A stretch of 64,000 nt of DNA. Origin: an uncultured Gaiellales bacterium. Its GTDB lineage: Bacteria; Actinomycetota; Thermoleophilia; Gaiellales; Gaiellaceae. The stretch covers positions 20,454 through 84,453 of the forward strand of contig CAYGLV010000002.1 of assembly GCA_964351025.1 (NCBI GenBank), read 5' to 3'. The position numbers and the translations under genes are program-made. Below the pieces are notes generated by a model. It ran no database searches and had not been told where the DNA came from. It worked only from the letters and a program-made list of their open reading frames with translations. Positions 28,200-37,587 of the stretch are shown here, one piece after another (the first letter of the stretch is position 1; the number at the start of each line of letters is the position of its first letter).

Positions 28200-29377
28200 C
28201 GGACGGCGGCCGCCGGCAGGCTCGCGGCGACGAGGGCGCCGGCCGCCGCGAGCGCGGCCGTCACGATCCAGAAGACGTTCCAGCCCGCATGGGAGGCAAG
28301 CGCGCCGAGGAGCGGCGTGGAGATGGCGGAGAGCAGGAAGACGACGGTTGCCGCCACGGCGACGGACCGCGCGGCCAGCTCGGGGGCCGCGCGCTCGCCT
28401 GCGTTGACGTAGACGAGCGCGTTCCAGCCGAGCGCGCCGAAGCCAAAGAGCACGGCGGCGGGGATGACGACGGCCGCGCCCGCATGCAGGGCGACAGTGA
28501 ACAGGAGAGCGCCGATCGCGGCAACAGCCCCGGCCTCCGCCAGCGTGCGCGTGCGCCGCATGCCTCCGCCCCGGTCGGCGACCCGCCCCCAGACGACCCT
28601 TGAGACCATGGCGGTCACGTTGATCGCAAAGAACGTGAAGCCGGCGGCGAAGGCGGTCAGCCCGGCCGCCCGGGCGGCAGGAACGGTGAAGGTGAGCACG
28701 GCCTGGAGGACGACGATGTAGAACGAGGCGACGACGAACAGCCGCTGCATGCCGGGGGCGCGCCAGATGCTCCGGAACGGCCGGGGCGCGCGTAGCGACC
28801 GCGGCGCGGGAGTCTCATGGGCGGCGAACGCGAACAGCGTGCCGGTCACCGCGACCGCGACCGCGGCGGCCGTGAGCGGCAGCGCCACGCCCCCGGCGGC
28901 GTCGAGCGCGGGCATCGCGAGCGCCGCGATCGTGCCGCCGAGTGGCACCGACATCTGGCGAACGCCGAGCGCCCACGCACGCCGGCCGGGCTCGTAGACG
29001 CGGAAGAGAGCGCCCGCCCCCGCGACGGGGACGACCGCCGAGCCGACTCCCGAGACCACGAGCGCGACGAAGAGCACGGGTGCCGTGCCCGCCGTAGCCG
29101 CGACGGCGAGGCCGGTCGCAGCGAGCGCCGTGCCGACGAGCGTCGGTATCCGCGCCCCGAAGCGATCGACGGCGATGCCGGCCGCGATGAGCGCGAGACC
29201 CGAGCCGAACAGGTTGGCCGTGAGCACCGCGCCGAGCGCTGCCAGACTGAGGCTGAACTCGTGGCTGAGCTCGGGGCCGATCGCGGGCAACCCGATGCTG
29301 ACGAAGGCGACCGCGGCCTGCGCCGCTGATGCGGCGGCGAGCACGGTCCTTGGCGCACGAGCTCCGACCCTCTCCAC
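28196..29377 (-). CDS. MFS transporter
   Basis: 12-TM-like hydrophobic profile with a D-R-x-G-x-R-like loop (VDRFGAR). The start is uncertain (GTG 29377 or ATG 29425). Confidence 0.75.
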   Translation of the reverse strand: MERVGARAPRTVLAAASAAQAAVAFVSIGLPAIGPELSHEFSLSLAALGAVLTANLFGSGLALIAAGIAVDRFGARIPTLVGTALAATGLAVAATAGTAPVLFVALVVSGVGSAVVPVAGAGALFRVYEPGRRAWALGVRQMSVPLGGTIAALAMPALDAAGGVALPLTAAAVAVAVTGTLFAFAAHETPAPRSLRAPRPFRSIWRAPGMQRLFVVASFYIVVLQAVLTFTVPAARAAGLTAFAAGFTFFAINVTAMVSRVVWGRVADRGGGMRRTRTLAEAGAVAAIGALLFTVALHAGAAVVIPAAVLFGFGALGWNALVYVNAGERAAPELAARSVAVAATVVFLLSAISTPLLGALASHAGWNVFWIVTAALAAAGALVAASLPAAAVR

Positions 29378-29391
29378 CGCTGCATTATCTT

Positions 29392-29775
29392 GTGGCGGTG
29401 GACACCGACGGGATCGTGCGCGCACGACGGCGCGAGCAGGCGCTCGAAGCGCTGGAGTTCGAGCGCGCTCGCGAGGTCGCGCTGCTGGCCCAGATCGAGG
29501 AGGTGCTCACCGAGCTCGAGGGGCCCCGCATCGACGCCGCCGCATTCGAGAAGATGGAGGCCGCGGAGGCCGAGCTCGTACGTGAGACTCTCGATCCAAG
29601 TCACGTTCGATCCGAGGACGAGTCGCTCGAGCTCGAAGGCGAAGATGCGGCCGACTCGGCCCGACTGATGCGCGAGGAGCTGGAAGCCGAGCGTAGCCGG
29701 CTGCGGGAGCTTGCAGCCGAGAGCCGCCGCTGCCAGAAGGCTCTAGAGAGCTACATCCAGGCGCTCGACGGGTAG
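29392..29775 (+). CDS. hypothetical acidic coiled-coil protein (about 127 aa)
   Basis: Heptad-like, E/R/L-rich sequence. GTG start at 29392 or 29398. No family recognised. Confidence 0.45.
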   Translation: MAVDTDGIVRARRREQALEALEFERAREVALLAQIEEVLTELEGPRIDAAAFEKMEAAEAELVRETLDPSHVRSEDESLELEGEDAADSARLMREELEAERSRLRELAAESRRCQKALESYIQALDG

Positions 29776-29824
29776 GTCCACCGGCGCGGCGCTGCACCCT
29801 ACCAAGTTGCTCTTTGCATACTGT

Positions 29825-30538
29825 ATGGTCACCCGCGTGGGCATTTTCGGAGCGCATCCGCCGCTCTCGCGCACGGCGAGCGCCGCTGCCGCGGATCTCA
29901 TCCGGCAGGCGATCGGCGACGGCCGGCTGGAGCCGGGCCACCACCTGAAGGAAGAACAGCTCGCGCAGGAGCTCGGCGTCAGCCGCACCCCCGTTCGGGA
30001 GGCACTCCACGTCTTGCAGGCGGAGGGGCTGATCGAGGCCTTCCCGAACCGCGGTGCGACCGTTCGCGCCTACGACCTCGCCGATCTCGAGGACCTGTAC
30101 GAGCTCCGCGCGCTGCTCGAGGGGCGCGCCGCTCGGCGAGCAGCCACCCGCGCGACGCCGGCGCAGCTACAGGAGCTGCGTGCGAGCTGCGAACGGTTCG
30201 AGCGGCTCGTCGGCACATCGAATCTGCAGGCCGTCGTCGCCGAGAACGGACTGTTTCACGAGGTGATTTTGAAAGCGGCAGCGAGCGAGCGGCTCACCGG
30301 CATGGTGCACCAGGTCGTCGTGCTGCCCCTCGTCTACAAGTCGTACATCTGGTACTCGCCCGAGCAGACCGCTGCCTCCTACGGCTACCACTGCGAGCTC
30401 CTCGACGCGATCGAGCAGCGAGACGCGCAGCGCGCAGACCTCGTCATGCGGGAGCACATCGTCGCCGCGCAGAGAGTCCTCGCGCACCACATGGGTGGCC
30501 TGGCCGAGCCTGGCGACCTGGACGGTGCCGCCGCATGA
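29825..30538 (+). CDS. GntR family transcriptional regulator (FadR/FCD subfamily)
   Basis: LKEEQLAQELGVSRTPVREALHVLQAEGLIE wHTH plus a helical FCD-like C-terminus. An alternative TTG start lies at 29807. Confidence 0.85.
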   Translation: MVTRVGIFGAHPPLSRTASAAAADLIRQAIGDGRLEPGHHLKEEQLAQELGVSRTPVREALHVLQAEGLIEAFPNRGATVRAYDLADLEDLYELRALLEGRAARRAATRATPAQLQELRASCERFERLVGTSNLQAVVAENGLFHEVILKAAASERLTGMVHQVVVLPLVYKSYIWYSPEQTAASYGYHCELLDAIEQRDAQRADLVMREHIVAAQRVLAHHMGGLAEPGDLDGAAA

Positions 30539-31788
30539 CGCAGCCCGCACCCGATCTCAAGGCGGCCGCTGCCGAGGCGGGGCCCCGGATCGGCCCGCTC
30601 GCGGGCATCCGGCTGATCGAGCTCGGCTCGCTCCTCGCGGGGCCCTTCGCCGGCCGGCTGCTCGGCGACCTGGGCGCCGAGATCATCAAAGTCGAGGCGC
30701 CCGGCCAGCCCGATCCGCTCCGCGACTGGGGGAAGGCTCGCTACGAGGGCCGCTCCCTCTGGTGGCCGGTGCAGTCCCGCAACAAGAAGTGCATCACGCT
30801 CAACCTGCGCGAGGAGAAGGGCCAGCAGCTGCTCCTCCGGCTCGTCGAGCAGGCCGATGTTGTGACCGAGAACTTCCGGCCCGGAACCCTCGAGCGCTGG
30901 AACCTCGGCTACGAGCAGCTGGCGGAGGCGAATCCCGGCATCGTCGTCGCCCGCATCTCGGGCTACGGCCAGACCGGCCCGTATGCGGAGCGTGCAGGCT
31001 TCGCCTCCGTCTCGGAGGCGATGGGCGGCATCCGTCACATCAACGGCTTCCCCGACCAGCCGCCGCCGCGCATGCACCTCTCCCTTGGCGATTCGCTGGC
31101 GGCCATGTTCGCCGTCCAGGGCATCCTCGCCGCCCTCTACTGGCGCGACGGGGCCGGCGGGGGGCTCGGCCAGGTCGTCGACGTCTCTCTGATGGAGGCA
31201 TCGTTCGCCTTGCTCGAGAGCACCGTTCCGGAGTACGACCGGCTCGGCATCGTGCGCGGCCCGCAGGGCACGAACCTGAAAGGCGTGGCCCCGTCGAACA
31301 TCTTCAGGTCCAAAGACGGCAAGTGGATGGTGATCGCCGCCAACGCCGACAACGTGTTCCGGCGCCTCTGCGCCGCGATCGGGCAGCCCGAGCTCGCCGA
31401 CGATGCACGGTTTGCGACCCATAGCGCGCGGGGCGACAACCAGGTCGAGATCGAAGGGATCGTCGCCGACTGGGCCATCCAGCACGACGCGACCGAGCTC
31501 GACGCCATCCTCAACGAGGCCGGGGTCATCTGCGGCCCGATCTACACGGTCGCCGACATGTTCGAGGACCCGCAGTACAAGGCTCGCGGGATGCTCCTCG
31601 AGCACGTCGACCCGGAGTTCGGGCCGTACATCGGACCGGGCATCGTCCCCAAGCTGACGAGGACGCCCGGTGCGGTGCGCTGGTCGGCTCCGTGGGACGA
31701 GGGCAGCCACAACAGCGAGGTCTACGGCGGACTGCTCGGGCTGTCGGACGACGAGCTCGCGGCGCTCCATGAGGAGGGCGTGATTTGA
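30535..31788 (+). CDS. family III (CaiB/BaiF) CoA-transferase
   Basis: GIRLIELGSLLAGPFAGRLLGDLGAEIIKVE, ENFRPGTLERWNLGYE. ATGA overlap with the GntR gene. Confidence 0.85.
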   Translation: MTQPAPDLKAAAAEAGPRIGPLAGIRLIELGSLLAGPFAGRLLGDLGAEIIKVEAPGQPDPLRDWGKARYEGRSLWWPVQSRNKKCITLNLREEKGQQLLLRLVEQADVVTENFRPGTLERWNLGYEQLAEANPGIVVARISGYGQTGPYAERAGFASVSEAMGGIRHINGFPDQPPPRMHLSLGDSLAAMFAVQGILAALYWRDGAGGGLGQVVDVSLMEASFALLESTVPEYDRLGIVRGPQGTNLKGVAPSNIFRSKDGKWMVIAANADNVFRRLCAAIGQPELADDARFATHSARGDNQVEIEGIVADWAIQHDATELDAILNEAGVICGPIYTVADMFEDPQYKARGMLLEHVDPEFGPYIGPGIVPKLTRTPGAVRWSAPWDEGSHNSEVYGGLLGLSDDELAALHEEGVI

Positions 31789-32687
31789 GCGCTCGCGCCG
31801 TCACCATCTGCGACGTCGCGGCGCGCGACGGTCTGCAAAACGACGCGAAGGTGCTCGAGCCGGCCGCGCGCGCCGAGCTCGTGAACCGCCTCGCCGGCGC
31901 CGGCGTCCCGCGCATCGAGGCGGTCAGCTTCGTCAACCCGGCCCGCGTGCCGCAGATGGCAGGCGCGGAGGAGGTCGTCGGAGCGATCGAGAGGCAGCCC
32001 GGAGTCGTCTATGCGGGTCTCGTACTGAACGACAAGGGCTACGACCGGCTCGCCGCGACCGAGCTCGACGAGGTGCACTTCGCCTTCGCCTCGACGGAGA
32101 CGTTCAACCAGCGCAACCAGGGCGCTTCCGTCGCCGATTCGATCGCCGCCGCCTCACGGATCGTCGAGCGCGCGCACGCGGACGGCCGCCGCGCGACCGT
32201 GACGATCGGGGTGTCGTTCGGCTGTCCGTTCGAGGGCCGGGTGGAGCCGGAGCGGATCCTCGAGATCGCGGCGGAGCTGGCCGAGGCCGGTCCCGACGAG
32301 CTCGTCTTCGCCGACACGATCGGCGTCGGCGTCCCGCGGCAGGTGCGGCGCCTGGTCGGCGACGCCGTGCGACTCGGGCCGCCCGTGGGCGTGCATCTGC
32401 ACAACACCCGAAACACCGGCTACGCGAACGCCTTCGCGGCGGTCGAGGCCGGGGCCACCGTGCTCGATGCGTCGCTCGGCGGGATCGGCGGCTGCCCGTT
32501 CGCGCCGCGGGCGACCGGAAACATTGCGACCGACGACCTCGTCTACCTGCTGCACGGCGAGGGGATCGAGACGGGCATCGACCTCGACGCGCTGATCGAG
32601 GTAGCGGGATGGCTGGATGGCGTACTCGGGCGTCAGCTCGAGGGACAGGTCTATCGGGCCGGCACGTTCGCGCCGGTGGCCGGCTGA
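31785..32687 (+). CDS. hydroxymethylglutaryl-CoA lyase-like (HMGL/DRE-TIM) acyl-CoA lyase
   Basis: ICDVAARDGLQN, FADTIGVGVP, HLHNTRNTGYAN, GGIGGCPFAP. Confidence 0.85.
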   Translation: MSARAVTICDVAARDGLQNDAKVLEPAARAELVNRLAGAGVPRIEAVSFVNPARVPQMAGAEEVVGAIERQPGVVYAGLVLNDKGYDRLAATELDEVHFAFASTETFNQRNQGASVADSIAAASRIVERAHADGRRATVTIGVSFGCPFEGRVEPERILEIAAELAEAGPDELVFADTIGVGVPRQVRRLVGDAVRLGPPVGVHLHNTRNTGYANAFAAVEAGATVLDASLGGIGGCPFAPRATGNIATDDLVYLLHGEGIETGIDLDALIEVAGWLDGVLGRQLEGQVYRAGTFAPVAG

Positions 32688-32702
32688 AAAGGAGAACGAG
32701 AG

Positions 32703-34763
32703 ATGACCTACAGGCTTGGAGTCGACGTCGGAGGCACGTTCACCGACCTCTTCCTCGTCAACGACGAAACCGGCGCGACGCAGTTCCGCGTCAAGACGCC
32801 CTCGACGCCCGGCGACCCGTCAGAGGGTGTGCTCATCGGCGTCCGCCGCATCTGCGAGGCGGCCGGCATCGGCGCCGGCGATCTGCGCAACATCCTCCAC
32901 GGCACGACCGTGGCCACGAACGCGGTGCTCGAGTCGAAGGGAGCGCGCGTCGGGCTGATCACGACGGAGGGCTTCAAGCAGATCCTCCACCTCGCCCGCT
33001 CGCAGACCCCGGGGCCGCTCGCAGGGTGGATCATCATGATCAAGCCCGACCCGCCCGCGTCGCTCGCCGACACGCGCGAGGCCGTGGAGCGCATGGACGC
33101 GCGCGGCACGACGCTCGTGCCGGTGGACGAGGCCCAGGTCGAAGGGATCGTCCGCGACCTCGTCGAGTCCGGAGTCGAGTCGCTGACCGTCGCGCTGATC
33201 AACTCGTACGTGAACGGGGCGCACGAGCGCGCGATCGGCGATCTCGTCGAGCGCCTCTACCCGGGCTTCCCGGTCACGCTCTCGGCAGAGGTGCTGCCGG
33301 AGTTCCGCGAGTACGAGCGCGCGCTCACGGCGTGCATGAACTCGTACGTGCGACCGAAGGTGCAGGGCTACCTCAACCACCTGCAGAGCGAGCTGGCCGC
33401 CGCGGGCGCGACCGCGGAGGTCAACATCCTCCGCTCGGATGCGGGCCTGATGACGACCGCAGAGGCTGCGCGAAACCCGATCTACGGTGTCATCTCGGGC
33501 CCGTCCGGCGGGGTTGCCGGCGCGCTCTACGTGGCGACGAAGGCGGGCTACAAGGACATCCTCACCTTCGACATGGGCGGCACGTCGACGGACGTCGCCC
33601 TCTGCCAGGACGGCCAGCCGACGATCGGTCGCGAGACGTCGATCGGGCAGTTCCGGATCAAGGTCCCTTCCGTGAACGTGCACACGGTCGGCGCCGGCGG
33701 CGGCTCGATCGCGCACGTGCCGGAGCTGACGAAGGCGCTCCGCGTCGGGCCGCAGTCGGCGGGCGCCGAGCCCGGTCCGGCCGCGTACGCCAAGGGTGGA
33801 GAGGATCCGACCGTGACCGACGCGAACGTCGTGCTCGGGCACCTGCCGCCCAGCCTGCTCGGCGGCGAGATGACGCTCGACGTCGAGGCGGCGCGCGCCG
33901 CCGTGAAGCGGATCGCCGACGCGATGGGCCTCGACTCGGTCGAGCAGGCCGCCGAGGGAATCCTCGCGATCGTGAACGAGAACATGGCGGGTGCGTTGCG
34001 GCTCGTGTCGGTGCAGCGGGGCCACGACCCGCGCGAGTTCGCGCTCGTCGCCTACGGCGGCGCCGGCCCGCTGCACGCGAATGCGGTCGCCAAGCTGATG
34101 GGCTCGTTCCCCGTGATCGTGCCGCCCGCCCCGGGCCTGCTGTGCGCGCTCGGCGACCTCGTGGCGGACTTCCGCGACGAGTTCGCCCAGACGTACATCC
34201 GGCTCATTGGGGACGCGAGCGGCGAGGAGGTCGCAACGATCCTCGACGGGCTCGGCGCTCGCGCCAGGGCCTGGCTCGACGACGAGGGGATCTCGCAGGA
34301 CATCCAGCGCATCTCGTTCGTCGCGGACATGCGCTACCACCGCCAGGGCTACGAGATCCCCGTCTCGATCGAGCCGGACGAGGTCAGGGCCGGCGGGCTT
34401 GCCGGGCTCGAGGAGCGCTTCAACGCGCTGCACGAGCAGCTGTACGGCTTCCGCATGCCCGGCACGGCGTCCGAGATCGTGAACGTCCGGGCCGTCGGCT
34501 TCGGCGCGGCGCCGAAGCCCGAGCTGCGCACCGGTGCCATCGGCGGGGCCGACGCGTCGGGCGCCCTGATCGATGAGCACGACGTGACGATCGACGGACA
34601 GAAGGTCCGAACGAGGATCTATGACCGGGCCAAGCTCGAGCCGGGCGCGAAGCTCGCCGGGCCGGCGATCGTGACCGAGTTCGACTCGACGACCGTGATC
34701 CTGCCGGGCCACGAGGCGACGGTGGACACGAACTACAACATCCTGATCACCCCGAGCGCGTAG
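32703..34763 (+). CDS. hyuA: hydantoinase/oxoprolinase A subunit (ATP-dependent; HyuA family)
   Basis: LGVDVGGTFTDL, HGTTVATNAVLE, DMGGTSTDV. Confidence 0.88.
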   Translation: MTYRLGVDVGGTFTDLFLVNDETGATQFRVKTPSTPGDPSEGVLIGVRRICEAAGIGAGDLRNILHGTTVATNAVLESKGARVGLITTEGFKQILHLARSQTPGPLAGWIIMIKPDPPASLADTREAVERMDARGTTLVPVDEAQVEGIVRDLVESGVESLTVALINSYVNGAHERAIGDLVERLYPGFPVTLSAEVLPEFREYERALTACMNSYVRPKVQGYLNHLQSELAAAGATAEVNILRSDAGLMTTAEAARNPIYGVISGPSGGVAGALYVATKAGYKDILTFDMGGTSTDVALCQDGQPTIGRETSIGQFRIKVPSVNVHTVGAGGGSIAHVPELTKALRVGPQSAGAEPGPAAYAKGGEDPTVTDANVVLGHLPPSLLGGEMTLDVEAARAAVKRIADAMGLDSVEQAAEGILAIVNENMAGALRLVSVQRGHDPREFALVAYGGAGPLHANAVAKLMGSFPVIVPPAPGLLCALGDLVADFRDEFAQTYIRLIGDASGEEVATILDGLGARARAWLDDEGISQDIQRISFVADMRYHRQGYEIPVSIEPDEVRAGGLAGLEERFNALHEQLYGFRMPGTASEIVNVRAVGFGAAPKPELRTGAIGGADASGALIDEHDVTIDGQKVRTRIYDRAKLEPGAKLAGPAIVTEFDSTTVILPGHEATVDTNYNILITPSA

Positions 34764-34777
34764 GAGGGAGGGACCAG

Positions 34778-36712
34778 ATGGCAACCACCACGGATGAGCT
34801 GCGGATCGCCGAGATCCCCGACGTCGAGGTCGACCCGATCACCCTGGACATCATCGAAGGCGCCCTCAAGAACGCGCGCTTCGAGATGGACGCGGTGCTG
34901 TTCCGGTCGGCGATGAGCCCCGTGATCCGGGAGCAGCACGACGAGTTCCCGATGATCACCGACCCACGCGGCCGCATGGTCGTCGGCCAGTTCGGCGCCT
35001 ACATCAACGAGATGATGCTGGAGTGGGACCGGGGCATCTACCCGGGCGACGTGATCCTCACGTCCGATCCGTTCAAGTGCTCCGCGTCGATCTCGCACAC
35101 GAACGACTGGCTCGTGCTCGTGCCGATCTTCTACGAGGACGAGCTCGTCGGCTGGTCCTCCCAGTTCGGCCACCAGATGGACGCGGGCGGGCCGTTGCCC
35201 GGCTCGCTTCCGACCGGGGCGAAGACGATCTTCGAGGAAGGGATCATCATCCCGCCGCTCAAGATCATCGAGCGGGGTGTGGTGCAGGAGGACGTGCTGC
35301 GGCTGATCCTCAACAACGTCCGCCTGCCGGAGATGAACCGCGCCGACCTGTTCGCGATCGTTGCGGGCTGCCGCGCCGGCGAGAAGCGCGTGATCGAGCT
35401 CTGCGAGCGCTTCGGCAAGGACACGTACCTCGCCGCGCTGCAGGCCCTGCTCGACCGGACCTACAACGCGATGAAGTTCCTCATCTCCGTCGCGATCCCG
35501 GAGGAGCCGCAGACGTTCATCGACTACGTAGACGACGACGGCCTCGGCAACGGCCCGTTCAAGATGCAGCTGACGATCTGGCGCGAGGGCGAGCACGCCT
35601 TCTTCGACTGGTCGGGCACGGACCCGCAGGCCCTCGGGCCGATCAACTTCTACCTCTCCGAGGGCATGTTCAAGATGTTCATCGGGATCTACCTGATCAT
35701 GGTCAACGATCCCCAGATCCTCTTCAACGACGGCTTCTACCCGCTGCTGCACGTCGTCATGCCGGAGGGGAGCCTGCTGCGTCCGCGCTTCCCGGCGGCG
35801 CTCGGGTGCCGCACGCACGCGCTCGCCCGGCTGTTCGACGTGCTGGGCGGCGCGCTCTGCAAGCAGGCCCCGGAGCTGAACACGGCGGCCGGCTACGGCA
35901 CGAGCCCGTACATGCTCTATTCGGGCTGGGACAGCCAGGGCGAGTTCTTCTATTCGATGGAGATCCTCTACGGCGGCATTCCGGGCCGGCCGATCGGGGA
36001 CGGGATGGACGGGCACTCGTGGTGGCCGCTGTTCGAGAACATCCCCACCGAGTACCTCGAGGCGTACTACCCGCTGCGGATCGACGGCTACACGACCGTG
36101 ACGGACTCCGGCGGCGCCGGCTTCCACCGTGGCGGCAACGGCGTCGAGAAGCGTTACGTCTACCTCGAGCCGGGAGAGGTCTCGATCCACGACGACCGCT
36201 GGCTGACCCGCCCGTGGGGGGTGCTCGGGGGCCAGCCGGGAGGGCGCTCCGAGAAGATCCTCAGGCGTGCAGACGGCACCGAGGAGCGGCTGCCGTCGAA
36301 GTGCGACCACATCGTCGTCGAGCCGGGCGACATGCTGGTCTACCGCACGGCCGGCGGCGGCGGCTGGAAGGACCGGCTCGACCGGCCGGTTGAGGCCGTC
36401 GTGCGCGATGTCTCGTTCGGGCTCGTCTCGCGGGAGCAGGCGCTCGCCGCGTACGGGGTCGTGCTGAACGCCGACGGCAGCGCCGACGACGCGGCGACGG
36501 AGACGGAGCGGGCGCGCCAGCGCGCTGAGCGCGGCGATGCGCAGAACTTCGACTTCGGCCCGTCGCTCGAGGAGGTGCTCGCCAACTGCAAGGCGGAGAC
36601 CGGCCTCGAGCCACCGGTGCCGGCGAAGCCGCTGCGCTGGTCGCCGCTCGAGCCGTCGGAGGACGCGCTCGCGCGCGTGCGGAAGGGCGACGGGATCCCG
36701 GCTCCGTCGTGA
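34778..36712 (+). CDS. hyuB: hydantoinase B/oxoprolinase subunit (HyuB family)
   Basis: DPITLDIIEGALKNARFEMDAVLFRSAMSPVIREQHDEF, GGAGFHRGGNG. Confidence 0.88.
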   Translation: MATTTDELRIAEIPDVEVDPITLDIIEGALKNARFEMDAVLFRSAMSPVIREQHDEFPMITDPRGRMVVGQFGAYINEMMLEWDRGIYPGDVILTSDPFKCSASISHTNDWLVLVPIFYEDELVGWSSQFGHQMDAGGPLPGSLPTGAKTIFEEGIIIPPLKIIERGVVQEDVLRLILNNVRLPEMNRADLFAIVAGCRAGEKRVIELCERFGKDTYLAALQALLDRTYNAMKFLISVAIPEEPQTFIDYVDDDGLGNGPFKMQLTIWREGEHAFFDWSGTDPQALGPINFYLSEGMFKMFIGIYLIMVNDPQILFNDGFYPLLHVVMPEGSLLRPRFPAALGCRTHALARLFDVLGGALCKQAPELNTAAGYGTSPYMLYSGWDSQGEFFYSMEILYGGIPGRPIGDGMDGHSWWPLFENIPTEYLEAYYPLRIDGYTTVTDSGGAGFHRGGNGVEKRYVYLEPGEVSIHDDRWLTRPWGVLGGQPGGRSEKILRRADGTEERLPSKCDHIVVEPGDMLVYRTAGGGGWKDRLDRPVEAVVRDVSFGLVSREQALAAYGVVLNADGSADDAATETERARQRAERGDAQNFDFGPSLEEVLANCKAETGLEPPVPAKPLRWSPLEPSEDALARVRKGDGIPAPS

Positions 36713-36887
36713 GACGCCCGGTGTCAACCTCCTCCGCCCGCGCGTTCCTCGGGCGCTGCTCGCGGTGCCGGGCCGGAGGGGGCAGTACGGGGGGTACGGC
36801 CCCGGAGAGACCGGTGCCGCGAGCGGCGTCAGGCGGCGGCGGAGCCGGGCTTGCCCCGGCGGGAGCCGTCGCCGACGAGGGGCGCGC

Positions 36888-37499
36888 GTGAGCCATTTGG
36901 AGGGCTTCGGGGAAAGGCAGGGCGCCGTCCGGCGCCCTGCCCTCCTCGTGATCGACATGAGCCTCGGCTTCACGAGCCCGGACTCGCCGCTGCACTGCGA
37001 CCTCGTCGACGTGGTCGGCGCGGTCGGCCGGCTGCTCGACGCGGCCCGTGCGAAGGCCCTGCCGGTCGTCTACACGACTGTCTCCTACGGCGAGGGCGAC
37101 AAGGCCGTGGCGAGGGCGTTCATCGAAAAGGTCCCGATCCTGCTCACCCTCGCCGAGGGCAGCCCGTTCACGCAGATCGACCCGCGGCTCGCGCCGCTGC
37201 CGCACGAGCCCGTGTTGAACAAGCTCTTCGCCTCCGCGTTCTTCGGGACGTCGCTCCAGAGCCTGCTGGCCGCCCACGACTGCGACTCGGTGATCGTCAC
37301 CGGTGCCTCGACGTCGGGGTGCGTGCGGGCAACCGCCGTCGACGTGCTGCAGAACGGCTACCGGCTGCTCGTCCCGCGCGAGGCCGTCGGCGATCGGAAC
37401 CCCGCGGCGCACGAGCAGGCGCTCTACGACATCGACGCGAAGTACGGCGACGTCGTCTCGCTCGAGGAGGCGCTGGCCGCGATCTCCTCCAGCGGCTGA
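36888..37499 (+). CDS. isochorismatase-family cysteine hydrolase (N-carbamoylsarcosine amidase / biuret hydrolase-like)
   Basis: ALLVIDMSLGF, K...FASAFFGT, VIVTGASTSGCVRATAVD (catalytic Cys). GTG at 36888. Confidence 0.8.
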   Translation: MSHLEGFGERQGAVRRPALLVIDMSLGFTSPDSPLHCDLVDVVGAVGRLLDAARAKALPVVYTTVSYGEGDKAVARAFIEKVPILLTLAEGSPFTQIDPRLAPLPHEPVLNKLFASAFFGTSLQSLLAAHDCDSVIVTGASTSGCVRATAVDVLQNGYRLLVPREAVGDRNPAAHEQALYDIDAKYGDVVSLEEALAAISSSG

Positions 37500-37587
37500 C
37501 CGCCGGCGCTCCGTCCGGCGCGGGCCGGGTAGGAATGACCATGCGCGCCTGCAGCAGCGGTGCATAGGGTCACCGGAGGAGGGGTCA

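Noticed and set aside
34733-36973. A 746-aa minus-strand ORF. Similar long Arg/Pro/Gly-rich ORFs lie at 3600..5045, 32820..34784, 41605..43713, 62054..63904, 12936..14477 and 36261..38060.
   Set aside because: All are antisense or out of frame to genes with clear family signatures (HyuA/HyuB, SBP, PanE, KdgK and others) and have no recognisable motifs. They are shadow ORFs of a high-GC genome.
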